Positions 50,515 to 60,346 of a stretch of DNA of 64,000 bases are shown piece after piece. How positions within the stretch are numbered: position 1 is the stretch's first letter; every line of letters begins with the position of its first letter. The stretch lies in assembly GCA_018715045.1 (NCBI GenBank), contig DVMH01000027.1, forward strand, positions 6,306-70,305, given 5' to 3'. Source of the stretch: Candidatus Avidehalobacter gallistercoris (GTDB lineage Bacteria > Bacillota > Dehalobacteriia > UBA4068 > UBA4997). A program made the translations under genes and the position numbers. The notes under the pieces were generated by a model. That model saw only the letters and a list, made by a program, of their open reading frames with translations. It had not been told where the DNA came from and ran no database searches.

Positions 50515-51549
50515 TTACTTCAGCACATATACACGAACGGTACGGACGCCCCAGTTCAGGCACTCCTGTTCACTGTTGAAGAACAGATCTATACGATTAC
50601 CAGTGATAGCGCCGCCGGTGTCCTCCGCCTTTGCATAGCCATAGCCGTCCACATATAGCATTGAGCCCAACGGAATAACCGAAGGATCAACGGCCACGGT
50701 ATAACCCGCCTTGGGCTTGGTGCCACTGGCGGTGTTATTGCCGGTGTGCGTGTAGGCGCTGGCTTTCATAGCCAACATATCGGTGTATTCGTACGTCTTA
50801 TTGCCGCGGCTGATCACCCGGCGCGTTCCCACCGCCATCACCTTTTCGACCGGCTCGGTGGTCACCGCACGGGAAAGTTCCTGCTTGGCGATCGGCACAC
50901 CATCCTTATACGTCACCAAACTGGTGATGGTCTTTTCGCCCGCCTTGCCCTCCTGTATGATCTTGCTCTGCCCCACGTTCATACTCGCGTCCTCGCGTCG
51001 CACCGTCTGAGGAACAATGGCCTCTTTCACCTGCGTCTGACGATAGGTTATGCGGTTAACAACCACATTCTCGCCCTTAGCCAGCACGTGATCCAGCGCG
51101 GGGCTCACCCAGTCATGCTCACCCAATGTTACATTGTTGGCAGCAAGAAAATCGCGCACCGTCTGCGGCTGGGTAAGATAACTTTTCGTCTGGAAATCTG
51201 CCGTGACCGCCACATCAAAGGCGCGGCGGATAACCACCTGTGCCTCGTCCTCCAGTCCGGCGTCCTCGGCCGGTTCCACCACGTCCAGCTCGCCCAACAT
51301 AATATCCTGCTGACGTAGAAAATCACCCACGGTGTTGGCACGGGTGGCCACGGTACGGACGATACCGTCATCAATCAGTTCCACCTTTTTTTCCGTCATG
51401 GCATAAGCAAAGGCGGCGATACCAAACAGCATGACCAGCAACAGGACAAACACCGTCAGATTCAGCTTGCAAAGCCGGCGGCGCGGTCTGGCGGCTCTTA
51501 AGCGATCGAACTGCCAAAACGCCTGCTCGTTATTCTGTTTTTGTACCAA
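50515..51549 (-). CDS. yabE: YabE-like cell-wall protein (TM anchor, DUF348-like repeats, G5 domain, C-terminal 3D domain)
   Basis: C-terminal 3D-domain motifs (VAVDPSVIPLGSMLYVDGYGYAKAEDTGGAITGNRIDLFF). TTG start at 51549 with an aaggaggg RBS. Sits directly downstream of tatD, as yabD-yabE do in B. subtilis. Confidence 0.7.
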   Translation of the reverse strand: MVQKQNNEQAFWQFDRLRAARPRRRLCKLNLTVFVLLLVMLFGIAAFAYAMTEKKVELIDDGIVRTVATRANTVGDFLRQQDIMLGELDVVEPAEDAGLEDEAQVVIRRAFDVAVTADFQTKSYLTQPQTVRDFLAANNVTLGEHDWVSPALDHVLAKGENVVVNRITYRQTQVKEAIVPQTVRREDASMNVGQSKIIQEGKAGEKTITSLVTYKDGVPIAKQELSRAVTTEPVEKVMAVGTRRVISRGNKTYEYTDMLAMKASAYTHTGNNTASGTKPKAGYTVAVDPSVIPLGSMLYVDGYGYAKAEDTGGAITGNRIDLFFNSEQECLNWGVRTVRVYVLK

Positions 51550-51683
51550 AAAGTCGCCCTCCTTTTTCCGTGTTTTCAGGTTTTGCGGCCAGCTCCACAC
51601 GCGCCCCACATTTTATTATTTTGGGCGGCAAAAAGCCGCACTTTGCGCCACGCGACTGCCATTTTGGCCGGCCTTTTTCATAT

Positions 51684-51712
51684 ATTTTAACCTAAAAACG
51701 CTGTTTTGTCAA
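51684..51712 (-). promoter_or_regulatory. strong sigma-70 promoter for the yabE-like gene
   Basis: On the minus strand: TTGACA, 17-nt spacer, TAAAAT. Confidence 0.5.
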
Positions 51713-51879
51713 ATTGGCCGGGGGTTAGGCCTATATTCCCCACGCCTTATTCTGATTATATGCTGTCGTCCGGTTTTTATACCCAGGAATTTTCATCTAA
51801 AGCAACAAGCGCGTTACAGCAGGGCTTAAGCCCGCCAAACGCGCTTGGTTCACAGCAATCATTAACATATTGTCTGCCA

Positions 51880-52656
51880 TTATATACCGTATAGCCGGCA
51901 GGCATTTTCATAAGTGGCTTCGGCCACCTCTTCCACGCTGATACCGCGAATAGCCGCAATTTTTTCCGCCACAAAATAGACGTTGGAAGGTTCATTGGTG
52001 GTGCCGCGGTGCGGTTCCGGCGCAAGATACGGACTGTCCGTTTCGATCAACAGCCTGTCCAGTGGGCAGTTTTTGGCCACCTCCGGCAGCTGACGCGAAT
52101 TTTTGAACGTCACAGGACCTGCCAGCGAAATATAGAAGTTGCGGCGCAGCGCCTCCTTGGCCAGCTCCCAGCTGCCGGAAAAGCAATGCATAACGCCGCC
52201 GTATTCGCCCGCGTTCTCCTCCCGAATGATGTTAAAGACGTCGCCGTGCGCCTCCCGGTCATGGATAGCAATTGGTTTGTGCAAGTCCTTCGCCAGATGT
52301 ATCTGTTCAATGAACCAGTACCGCTGTACATCATGCGAGGGCTCCGGCCAATAATAATCCAGACCGATCTCGCCCACCGCTTTCACCTGCGGTAACGCGG
52401 CCAGCTCCGCCAGTTCAGCCAGCACTTTTTCATTCAGACCAGCGCTATCCGATGGGTGAAACCCCACCAGTGCGATCAACTGCGGATATTTTTCCGCCAA
52501 ATGCACGGCATAAAGAGAACTGCGCCAATCGCAGCCCACCACCGCCATCTTACGGACGCCGGCGGCTTCCGCACGCTCCAGAGTTCCAGCAATATCCCGC
52601 GCCAGCTTCGCATCGTTTAAATGGCAATGGGTATCAAAAAGCCGTAATTTATCCAT
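51880..52656 (-). CDS. tatD: TatD-family metal-dependent DNase/hydrolase
   Basis: MDKLRLFDTHCHLND N-terminus. Start at the ATG at 52656. Confidence 0.85.
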   Translation of the reverse strand: MDKLRLFDTHCHLNDAKLARDIAGTLERAEAAGVRKMAVVGCDWRSSLYAVHLAEKYPQLIALVGFHPSDSAGLNEKVLAELAELAALPQVKAVGEIGLDYYWPEPSHDVQRYWFIEQIHLAKDLHKPIAIHDREAHGDVFNIIREENAGEYGGVMHCFSGSWELAKEALRRNFYISLAGPVTFKNSRQLPEVAKNCPLDRLLIETDSPYLAPEPHRGTTNEPSNVYFVAEKIAAIRGISVEEVAEATYENACRLYGI

Positions 52657-52684
52657 TTTATAATGAACTCCTAATATCAAATCC

Positions 52685-54244
52685 TTATTCAGCGCCCAGA
52701 GCCTTTGCCGTATCAATACGAGGGAATATCGGCTCGCCGCGCGAAATCTTGGCGCCCGCGGGGAAGCCGCCCCATTCAAGCGCCGTCCAGTCGCTGCCAG
52801 CCTGCTCCGAAGAAAGCCCCAGCTGAGCCCAGACCTTTTCGGCCACGTGCGGCATAACGGGAGTGATAAGGATGGTCACCTGCCGCAAAACCTCGGCCAG
52901 ATTATACATCACAGTTTTAAGCTTCTCTGTCTCGCCGTTCTTATTAAGCGCCCAAGGCGCGGTGTCATCCACGTACTTATTGGCCTTGGCCACCAGTTTC
53001 CACACCTCAGCCACTGCATTGGCAATATCTACCTTGTCCATATACTGCGCCATGTTAGCGGGAGTAGCAGCAGCCAGCTCTTTCAGCTCCACATCAAACT
53101 CAGTGCCCTCGGCGCCTGGCTCCACCACGCCGCCCAAGAATTTGGTGATCATCGCAGTGGTGCGGGAAAGCAAATTGCCATAATCATTGGCAAGGTCGGT
53201 GTTAATGCAGTTGATAAGCGCCTCCTCGCTGTAATTGGCGTCCATGCCATAGGCCATCTCGCGCAGCAGGAAGAAGCGGATTGCATCCACGCCGTATTTT
53301 TCCACCAGCACCACCGGGTCAACAACGTTGCCTTTGCTTTTACTCATCTTGCCATCCTGCATCAGCAACCAGCCATGTGCAACAACTTTCTTCGGCAGCT
53401 CCACACCCGCCGCCATCAGGATTATTGGCCAGATAATAGAATGGAAGCGGATAATATCTTTCGCCATCAAATGCACATCGGCAGGCCAGTATTTCTGGAA
53501 TTTCGCATCGTCGCCAGAGCCGAAACCCAGCGCGGAGATATAGTTGACCAGCGCGTCAAACCACACGTAAACCACGTGCTTTTCATCAAACGGCACCTTA
53601 ATGCCCCAGTCAAACGTGGTGCGGGAAACGCACAGATCCTCCAGCCCCTGCTTCACAAAGCTGATCATCTCGTTGCGGCGCGTCTCCGGCTGGATAAAAT
53701 CGGGATTCTCCTCGATGAACTTAAGCCAACGATCGGCGTATTTGCTCATCTGGAAGAAATAGCTTTCCTCATGCGCCATTTCCACCGGGCGGCCGCAATC
53801 CGGGCAGGTATGCCCCTCCGCCAGCTGACGCTCCGTAAAGAATGTCTCGCACGGCGTGCAGTACCAGCCGGAATACTCGGCCTTATAAATATCACCCTGG
53901 TCGTAGATCTTCTGAAACAGCTTCTGCACCACCTGCTCATGCCGCGCGTCGGTAGTACGGATAAAATCGTCATAGTCGATGTCCAGCAGCCGCCAAAGGC
54001 TCTTGATGCCGTCCACAATACCATCCACAAACTCTTTCGGCGTCTGTCCCGCGGCCTCAGCGCGCTGTTGAATTTTCAGGCCGTGCTCATCAGTGCCGGT
54101 CAAAAAATACGCATCATAACCACGCTGCTTTTTATAGCGCTTCATCGCGTCGGCAGCCACGGTTGTATAAGCATGGCCGATATGCAGCTTGTCGCTGGGG
54201 TAGTAGATCGGCGTAGTGATATAAAAGGTCGGTTTCTCTGTCAT
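52685..54244 (-). CDS. metG: methionyl-tRNA synthetase (short form, no C-terminal tRNA-binding domain)
   Basis: HIGH motif (PIYYPSDKLHIGHAYTT), zinc knuckle CPDCG and KMSKS. Confidence 0.9.
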   Translation of the reverse strand: MTEKPTFYITTPIYYPSDKLHIGHAYTTVAADAMKRYKKQRGYDAYFLTGTDEHGLKIQQRAEAAGQTPKEFVDGIVDGIKSLWRLLDIDYDDFIRTTDARHEQVVQKLFQKIYDQGDIYKAEYSGWYCTPCETFFTERQLAEGHTCPDCGRPVEMAHEESYFFQMSKYADRWLKFIEENPDFIQPETRRNEMISFVKQGLEDLCVSRTTFDWGIKVPFDEKHVVYVWFDALVNYISALGFGSGDDAKFQKYWPADVHLMAKDIIRFHSIIWPIILMAAGVELPKKVVAHGWLLMQDGKMSKSKGNVVDPVVLVEKYGVDAIRFFLLREMAYGMDANYSEEALINCINTDLANDYGNLLSRTTAMITKFLGGVVEPGAEGTEFDVELKELAAATPANMAQYMDKVDIANAVAEVWKLVAKANKYVDDTAPWALNKNGETEKLKTVMYNLAEVLRQVTILITPVMPHVAEKVWAQLGLSSEQAGSDWTALEWGGFPAGAKISRGEPIFPRIDTAKALGAE

Positions 54245-54330
54245 CATCAAACCCTCCAAAACAAAATCATTAACTTTTATTTATTCTGGCTTTTGCCGCC
54301 ATTTCCTTTTTTTGGCGGCAAAATACCACT

Positions 54331-55194
54331 TTATTCCCGTTTTAATACCAGGCCCAGCGCGTAAACCCTGCTTACAGGGAGACTGTAGCGCGCCGCTATC
54401 TCGCGGGCTGCGGCTTTGTGCTTCATACCCCCGTCCAGCAGACGTTTAAGCTCCGCTTTCAGTTGCTCCTCACCAACCTCCGGCCTGTGACAAGCCTCAT
54501 CGCAGCCTTCCAACACCAGCACGTATTCGCCCCTGGGCTCACGCTCCTGCCAAACTGCGGCAAGCTCTGCTACCGTGCCGCGCTGCACTTCCTGAAACTT
54601 CTTGGTCAATTCCCGACAGACGGCCATTCTACGTCCGCCGCCAAATACTTCTTCCAGCATTTGCATGGTTTCCCGCAGACGGTGCGGCGCTTCATAGAAA
54701 ACAAGCGTCCTCTCCTCAGCCGCCAGTTTTTGCAAAAATTCCAGCTTCACTTTACCGCGTGGCAGAAAACCCTCAAAAGCGAACCGCTCAGTAGGAAGGC
54801 CGGAAAGCACCAGCGCCTGAATGGCTGCACAGGGACCAGGAATCGCATCCACCTCAAATCCCGCCTGCGCCGCCGCCAATAGTATTGACGATCCCGGGTC
54901 ACAGATACCAGGCGTACCCGCGTCACTGATCAAGGCGATATTCTCACCCGCCGCCAGCTTCGCCAGCAATTCCTCCTCGCGCCCGGCCTCGTTATGTTTA
55001 TAGTAGCTCAAAAGCGGCTTCTTAAGCCCTAAATGAGCCAGCAGCAAACCGCTGTGCCGGGTATCCTCCGCCGCCACCAGATCGGCTGCGGCCAAAGTAT
55101 CACGCTGCCGCTCCGATAGGTCGGCGAGATTACCAATCGGCGTCGCCACCAGTGACAATTTGCCGCGTTTCTGCTTTATCTTAGGCTCTTCCAT
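54331..55194 (-). CDS. rsmI: 16S rRNA (cytidine1402-2'-O)-methyltransferase
   Basis: YVVATPIGNLxDxSxR-like N-terminus (LVATPIGNLADLSERQR) and tetrapyrrole-methylase fold. Confidence 0.85.
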   Translation of the reverse strand: MEEPKIKQKRGKLSLVATPIGNLADLSERQRDTLAAADLVAAEDTRHSGLLLAHLGLKKPLLSYYKHNEAGREEELLAKLAAGENIALISDAGTPGICDPGSSILLAAAQAGFEVDAIPGPCAAIQALVLSGLPTERFAFEGFLPRGKVKLEFLQKLAAEERTLVFYEAPHRLRETMQMLEEVFGGGRRMAVCRELTKKFQEVQRGTVAELAAVWQEREPRGEYVLVLEGCDEACHRPEVGEEQLKAELKRLLDGGMKHKAAAREIAARYSLPVSRVYALGLVLKRE

Positions 55195-55207
55195 TTTTTC
55201 ACCGCCT

Positions 55208-55873
55208 TTATTCCACTTTGGCCGCAGCAAACAACACCCGCCGCTGCCAATGCTCAATCTGCGTAATAACCAAACCCGTCGCCGTCAGTTTTGCCGCCGC
55301 CTCGTTCTGACGCTCTTCCGGCAGCAGCAGACAAAACCGTCCGCCAGGAGCAAGAATATAGGCAGCCGCTTGTATAAGCGACTTCAAACCGCCAAAGCAC
55401 TCAATCCGCGCCGCCCGCCTCTCCAGACAGGGACTAAGCCGGCTTGCTTCAGCCCGCCAGAACGGAGGATTGCTGACAACCAAATCGCACCCGGCGGCGG
55501 GAAAATATTGTGATATCTGACGCCAATCACCGCAAACAAAGCGTATCTGCCGCAACAGTTCCGGCACGTTATGATTCAATTCGATACTGCGCTGCGCCAG
55601 GCTCACATTGGCAGACATGATTTCCAGACCAGTGCAACTGGCCTCATTGAGCTTCGCCCATAAATAAAACGTCAGCCCACCGTTGCCGCTGCCCAACTCG
55701 ATAACTCGCCGCGCTTCCGGCAAGGCGTCCGCCGCAAAATCCGCCAGCCGCACCGCCTCACCGGAAAAACAAAAAAACCGAGGATCTTGCAGCAGCCTCA
55801 ATCCTCGCTCTCGCAAATCAATTATGACTTCGCCGGGGCGGCAAAGCAACGCCCCGGACTTGTTAGCTGCCAT
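55208..55873 (-). CDS. yabB: SAM-dependent N6-adenine methyltransferase (YabB/TrmN6-like)
   Basis: VIELGSGNGG motif I and NPPF motif IV. Confidence 0.7.
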   Translation of the reverse strand: MAANKSGALLCRPGEVIIDLRERGLRLLQDPRFFCFSGEAVRLADFAADALPEARRVIELGSGNGGLTFYLWAKLNEASCTGLEIMSANVSLAQRSIELNHNVPELLRQIRFVCGDWRQISQYFPAAGCDLVVSNPPFWRAEASRLSPCLERRAARIECFGGLKSLIQAAAYILAPGGRFCLLLPEERQNEAAAKLTATGLVITQIEHWQRRVLFAAAKVE

Positions 55874-55876
55874 AAA

Positions 55877-56149
55877 TCAAGCGTTCTCCTTCAAAAAGCT
55901 CTGGCAGAACAGACACTCCTCGCCATGACGGTTCTGCGCAAAATAGGTGGCGCAAATGTGATAGCCCTCGTCATAAAGCTTGGTTAGCTCCTCCACTCCC
56001 TCGCTCTTGATGTTTTCCTCACTCAGGCGCTCCAGCAGGCGAGCGTTCTGCACCTCCAGCGAGTCCACTTTCAGCCGCAGCTCCTGCAAACGATCCTGCA
56101 ACGCCGCCAGAGCCTCTTCAATCTCCCAAATTTCATTCCGCAGCGCCAT
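55877..56149 (-). CDS. yabA: DNA replication initiation-control protein YabA
   Basis: Coiled-coil N-terminus and C-terminal Zn-binding HICATYF...ECLFCQS. 90 aa from the ATG at 56149. Confidence 0.7.
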   Translation of the reverse strand: MALRNEIWEIEEALAALQDRLQELRLKVDSLEVQNARLLERLSEENIKSEGVEELTKLYDEGYHICATYFAQNRHGEECLFCQSFLKENA

Positions 56150-57116
56150 GTTGCTCACTCTCCCTCTGCCTGTCCTGCTTCGGTTGATTGGGGCGGTGCG
56201 CCCCGCCGCCGCGCCGGTTGCCCGGTCTTCTGGAATTGCGCCGCAGTGTGCCGCCGCCCTTTTGTTCTGACTTATCGGAACGCTTATCAGGCAAGTTTTC
56301 ACCTGGCATATCATCGGATACCGCCGCCAGCTCCGCCGACGCCAGATCAGGCACATCGTCAACAGAAAGCGCCGCCAGCCGCTCACGCACGCCACAGGTT
56401 TTGGCTGTGCAGTCGCTGCAATTTTTATCGCAGGCGGCAAGAGCCGGCTTCGGTTCGTCCTGCCCGGCAAGTTCTGGCGAGTTCTCGTCATATTCGTAGT
56501 ATAAGCAGCACATCAACCTGCCGCACACACCGGAAATTTTGGCCGGATTCAACGCCAGATTTTGCTTCTTCGCCATTTTGATGGAAACGGGATGAAATCC
56601 ATCCAGAAAAGAGGCGCAGCAAAGCTCGCGCCCGCAGGTGGAATATCCCCCCACCAGGCGCGCCTCATCCCGCACGCCAACCTGACGCAGCTCAATGCGC
56701 GTGTGAAAATGCCCGGCCAGAACTTTCACCAGCTCACGGAAATCCACTCGATTGTCCGACGTGAAATAAAACACGATTTTGCTGCCGTCAAACGTATAGC
56801 TGGCTTTGATCAGCTTCATCGGCAGTTTGGCCGCGATGATCTGCTGCTGGCAGAATTCAAAAGCCGCCGGTTCCTTGGCCTTATTCTCCTGATAGCTTTG
56901 CTCGTCATCGTCGGTTGCCAGACGGATAAGCGGCTTCAGCGGCTGAGATAGACTTTGCTCATCCACTTCCTGCGCAGGCGTGGCCACCGTGCCATAATCC
57001 AGGCCGCGGCTGCTCTCCACGATAACGTGGTCGCCGAAAACAGCATCCACCCCATTAAGCTTAAAATAATATATTTTCCCGGCGCGCTCAAAACGCACGC
57101 CCACCACTTGTACCAT
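56133..57116 (-). CDS. ricT: PSP1-domain protein RicT/YaaT
   Basis: VVGVRFERAGKIYYF N-terminus typical of YaaT. Basic low-complexity C-terminal tail. Start at the second ATG (57116), behind a gaggac RBS. Confidence 0.75.
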   Translation of the reverse strand: MVQVVGVRFERAGKIYYFKLNGVDAVFGDHVIVESSRGLDYGTVATPAQEVDEQSLSQPLKPLIRLATDDDEQSYQENKAKEPAAFEFCQQQIIAAKLPMKLIKASYTFDGSKIVFYFTSDNRVDFRELVKVLAGHFHTRIELRQVGVRDEARLVGGYSTCGRELCCASFLDGFHPVSIKMAKKQNLALNPAKISGVCGRLMCCLYYEYDENSPELAGQDEPKPALAACDKNCSDCTAKTCGVRERLAALSVDDVPDLASAELAAVSDDMPGENLPDKRSDKSEQKGGGTLRRNSRRPGNRRGGGAHRPNQPKQDRQRESEQHGAAE

Positions 57117-57257
57117 AGATAAGTCCTCACTTTGCTCTTTCATCCATATATTTATGCCCAGTTTAGGCCGCCTTTAAGCGCCCGCGTCAAGCTATAAATA
57201 CCCTATCTTTTAGCGTAACACAAAACGTCGCAAAGTGCAAGGTAGAGCCGTCAAAAT

Positions 57258-58169
57258 TTATTGCTTCCTTAAATTATAAATGCGCAGAAACAGCACAGAA
57301 AGCGTCAACGTGCCGTTAATATTACCTGCGATATCGCGCGCCGCATCTTCGGTAAGCAGACCTGCTGCCAACGCCTCCTGCCCGTCAAACAGCAGGCGGG
57401 AAGCATACGCCAGCTTAAAATCCTCGCCCGCCGCATGCTTGATAGCCCCGGCAGCCTGTTCATTCAGCGCCGCCAACAACTCTGCCAAAAAAACCGCCTG
57501 CGAGCGTTTGACGCCTGCGGCTAGCTTTTCGTCGCGGAAACTTTTAGCCAGCACCAGCAACGCCGCGCCGCTGTCCGCCGCCGAAAGCAGTTCAAACAAA
57601 CGCCGGCATTTTTCCCGCATAGCGCAGATAAGCTCCTGCTCCTGCGCCATTTCCGGCAATAAAGCAGAATAATACACGTCATCCCCACAGCCCGGCAAAT
57701 CGTCCGGCAGACGCAGCCACACCACACGGGAGAGTATCGTTTCCAGCAGGCTGTCGCCCAGCGGCGCAGTCAGGATAAAAAACAGCCCCTCCTGCGGCTC
57801 TTCCAGAATTTTCAGCAGACTATTAGCCGCAGCCGGCGGCATGGTATGCGCCTGATGAATAATCACCACACGCCGTCCGCCTTCATATGCCTCCAGATTC
57901 GCCATATACTGCATGGCGCGAGTCTGCTCGATTTTGACGCTGGCGCCGCGCGGCAGCACCAGCTGCAAATCCGGGTGATTGCCTGCCGCCAGTTTTTTGC
58001 AGCTGGCGCATTTGCCGCAGGGTTGCCCGTCCTCGCCCAGGTGATGGCATAACAGTGCCTGCGCCAACTGCACCGCCTGTTCCAGCGCTTGCTCCGGCCG
58101 CCCCGTCAACAGCCAGGCATGACTGATTTTGCCAGAGGCAACAATGCCCGCCAGCTTATCGTACAACAT
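57258..58169 (-). CDS. holB: DNA polymerase III subunit delta'
   Basis: SHAWLLTGRPEQ plus a zinc module CGKCASCKK. Confidence 0.85.
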   Translation of the reverse strand: MLYDKLAGIVASGKISHAWLLTGRPEQALEQAVQLAQALLCHHLGEDGQPCGKCASCKKLAAGNHPDLQLVLPRGASVKIEQTRAMQYMANLEAYEGGRRVVIIHQAHTMPPAAANSLLKILEEPQEGLFFILTAPLGDSLLETILSRVVWLRLPDDLPGCGDDVYYSALLPEMAQEQELICAMREKCRRLFELLSAADSGAALLVLAKSFRDEKLAAGVKRSQAVFLAELLAALNEQAAGAIKHAAGEDFKLAYASRLLFDGQEALAAGLLTEDAARDIAGNINGTLTLSVLFLRIYNLRKQ

Positions 58170-58809
58170 CACGCACCAGCCCTCTCTCATAAAGCAGCGG
58201 CAGCAGAACCTTCCGCATATCCGCCTGCACCAGCGTCTCTTCCTGCGCTGCGTTGATCTGTCTAATACGCTGCGGGAAAGCCTCCGCCAACTTTTGATAA
58301 CCGTCGCTCAAACGCCGGTGAAAATCCAGCTGCTCCTGTTCCATACGGTCGCTCGCACCGCGCTTGGCCGCCCGTTTAAGCCCCTCATCAGGCGGCAGTT
58401 CCAGCAAAAGTGTAATATCCGGGATAAGGCCGCCCGCCGCCGCTTCGTTCAGCGAGATAAGTTCCGCCATATTCAGACCCCGGCCATAGCCCTGATACGC
58501 GAAAAACGAGTCCGCATAACGATCACAAACGATGATCTTACCCGCCGCCAGAGCAGGGCGCAACGTTTCAGCCACATGCTGGGCGCGATCCGCCGCCAGC
58601 AGCAGCGCCTCGGTCATCGGGGCAAGTTCGGTGTTCGCCGGGTTAAGCAATACCTGCCTGATTTGCGCGCCAATCAACCCCGCGCCCGGCTCCCGCGTTG
58701 CCAGCACAGGAAGCCCCAGCCCGGATAACCACTCCGCCAGCTGCTTGGCCTGCGTTGTTTTGCCAGCGCCCTCAACGCCTTCTAACGTGATAAACAAACC
58801 ATCAGACAT
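58156..58809 (-). CDS. tmk: thymidylate kinase
   Basis: FITLEGVEGAGKTTQ P-loop and DRY motif. Confidence 0.95.
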   Translation of the reverse strand: MSDGLFITLEGVEGAGKTTQAKQLAEWLSGLGLPVLATREPGAGLIGAQIRQVLLNPANTELAPMTEALLLAADRAQHVAETLRPALAAGKIIVCDRYADSFFAYQGYGRGLNMAELISLNEAAAGGLIPDITLLLELPPDEGLKRAAKRGASDRMEQEQLDFHRRLSDGYQKLAEAFPQRIRQINAAQEETLVQADMRKVLLPLLYERGLVRDVVR

Positions 58810-58930
58810 ATATTAAAGCTCCCAGTATATATTAAAAGATGCACGTTTTTTTCTAATTTATATAATATGGCAATTTACGCCCAAGGTCAAGGCGCAAATT
58901 GCCTGTCACAACAAGCCCGAATACAACATG

Positions 58931-60340
58931 CTATTGTTGTTTCTGGCATATAACCGTGACATTGCCTTTGGCAACGCCCTGCACTTTACCGCCTGACGCC
59001 ATAAGCTCTTGCAGCTTTTCCACCATTTCGGCCTCAATCACCTCGCCCATGCCAACGGCAGGTATGCCCGGCGGATACGGGGTCAATAAGCCCGCGGATA
59101 TGCAGCCAGCCGCAGCAGCAAGAGGTATATCTTTTGTATCAGCGTGTGCAGCGTAAAACGGCGTTATAGCCTGTTCCGGCAACGGCAGCGCCGCCGGGTC
59201 AGGCGCACCCTCCGGGTTAACTGCCGTAAGTTTTGCGTCTGCCGCCGCTAATGACGCCGCCAGGCTATCCGGCGCCGTGTCGGCATAAGTCAGCAGCAGC
59301 AAGGCAAAGCGGCCCGCGGCAAACTCCGGTTCCAAGCCGCATTCGCGCAGTTTTCCGGCAATCTGACCGCCGCTATGCCCCACAGCACTGTATAGCAGGG
59401 CTTTCGTATCGTCATAAGCGAACCCTGCGGGCAAATCAGCCCCGTCAATCAAGCGCAGATTCGCCGCCCCGGCGAGTGCGTTCTCCAGTAAACGGCGTTC
59501 CTGACGCAACTGCCCCGCCCATGCCACCGCCTGCTCCTGCCATTCCGCCCGCGCCGCGTCCAGTGACGCCAACAGAGGATAAGAAGGACTGCTGGTTTGC
59601 AGCAGCGTCAGCCAATGCTCCGGATGCAAATCAGGACGGTTGCAGCCCAGCACAGCCGTCTGACCAAGGCTGCCCATGCTTTTATGCCAGCTATCAATCA
59701 CCAGATCCGCTCCCAGCCGCGCCGCCGCCAAGTCCGGCGCTATAAACGGCAGGGGCGCGCCATGCGCCTCGTCTACGATAGTGGTAACGCCATGCCGGCG
59801 CGCCGCCGCCAGGCAGCCTGCTAAATCGCCGCAAACACCGTAAAAGCTGGGATAGACGAAAAATGCCGCTTTTACCTCCGGGTGGGCAGATAGCGCCTGC
59901 TCGACCTGTTCCGGCATCACGGCCAGCGGTAACCCCGCCGCCGTTTGAGGCACTTCCAGCCACAGCGGACGAATATCCCCCAACGCCATAGCCGTCCAGG
60001 CCGCACGATGCGCATTCCGAGGCAACAGCAACATCTCCCCCGGCTTTACCGCCGCAAGAATGGCCGCTTGTATTCCCGCCGTTGCCCCGTTCACCAGAAA
60101 ATACGCCTTGAGCGCGCCCACAGCCAGCGCCATCAAATGCTCCGCGCAGAGGATCGCCCCCTCCGGCGCGTGCAGATCATCCAGCCCATCAGCCTCAGTA
60201 ACATCCCAAGCCGCAAGCTCGCCAAAACTCGAGAGCAAGCCCCTGGCCTGCCCCTTATGCCCCGGCATATGACCGCGCTGCCGCCCCTTGGCAATATATG
60301 CCGCAATCGCGTCCACCAGCGGCGTTTCGTTGTTATGCAT
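58931..60340 (-). CDS. PLP-dependent Orn/Lys/Arg decarboxylase family protein (YaaO-like)
   Basis: GHMPGHKG N-terminal motif of the OKR_DC_1 fold. Same position relative to tmk as B. subtilis yaaO. Confidence 0.75.
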   Translation of the reverse strand: MHNNETPLVDAIAAYIAKGRQRGHMPGHKGQARGLLSSFGELAAWDVTEADGLDDLHAPEGAILCAEHLMALAVGALKAYFLVNGATAGIQAAILAAVKPGEMLLLPRNAHRAAWTAMALGDIRPLWLEVPQTAAGLPLAVMPEQVEQALSAHPEVKAAFFVYPSFYGVCGDLAGCLAAARRHGVTTIVDEAHGAPLPFIAPDLAAARLGADLVIDSWHKSMGSLGQTAVLGCNRPDLHPEHWLTLLQTSSPSYPLLASLDAARAEWQEQAVAWAGQLRQERRLLENALAGAANLRLIDGADLPAGFAYDDTKALLYSAVGHSGGQIAGKLRECGLEPEFAAGRFALLLLTYADTAPDSLAASLAAADAKLTAVNPEGAPDPAALPLPEQAITPFYAAHADTKDIPLAAAAGCISAGLLTPYPPGIPAVGMGEVIEAEMVEKLQELMASGGKVQGVAKGNVTVICQKQQ

Positions 60341-60346
60341 GTCCTT

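Noticed and set aside
51550-51879. c-di-AMP (ydaO-type) riboswitch upstream of the yabE-like hydrolase
   Set aside because: The conserved ydaO pseudo-twofold motifs (ACGGGGA / CCCG helices) were not found by eye. Only generic GC hairpins are present.
54245-54330. T-box leader upstream of metG
   Set aside because: The intergenic region is only about 85 nt and lacks the T-box sequence AATTAGGGTGGTACCGCG. metG is probably co-transcribed with rsmI.
52847-54364. 505-aa plus-strand ORF
   Set aside because: Antisense to metG.
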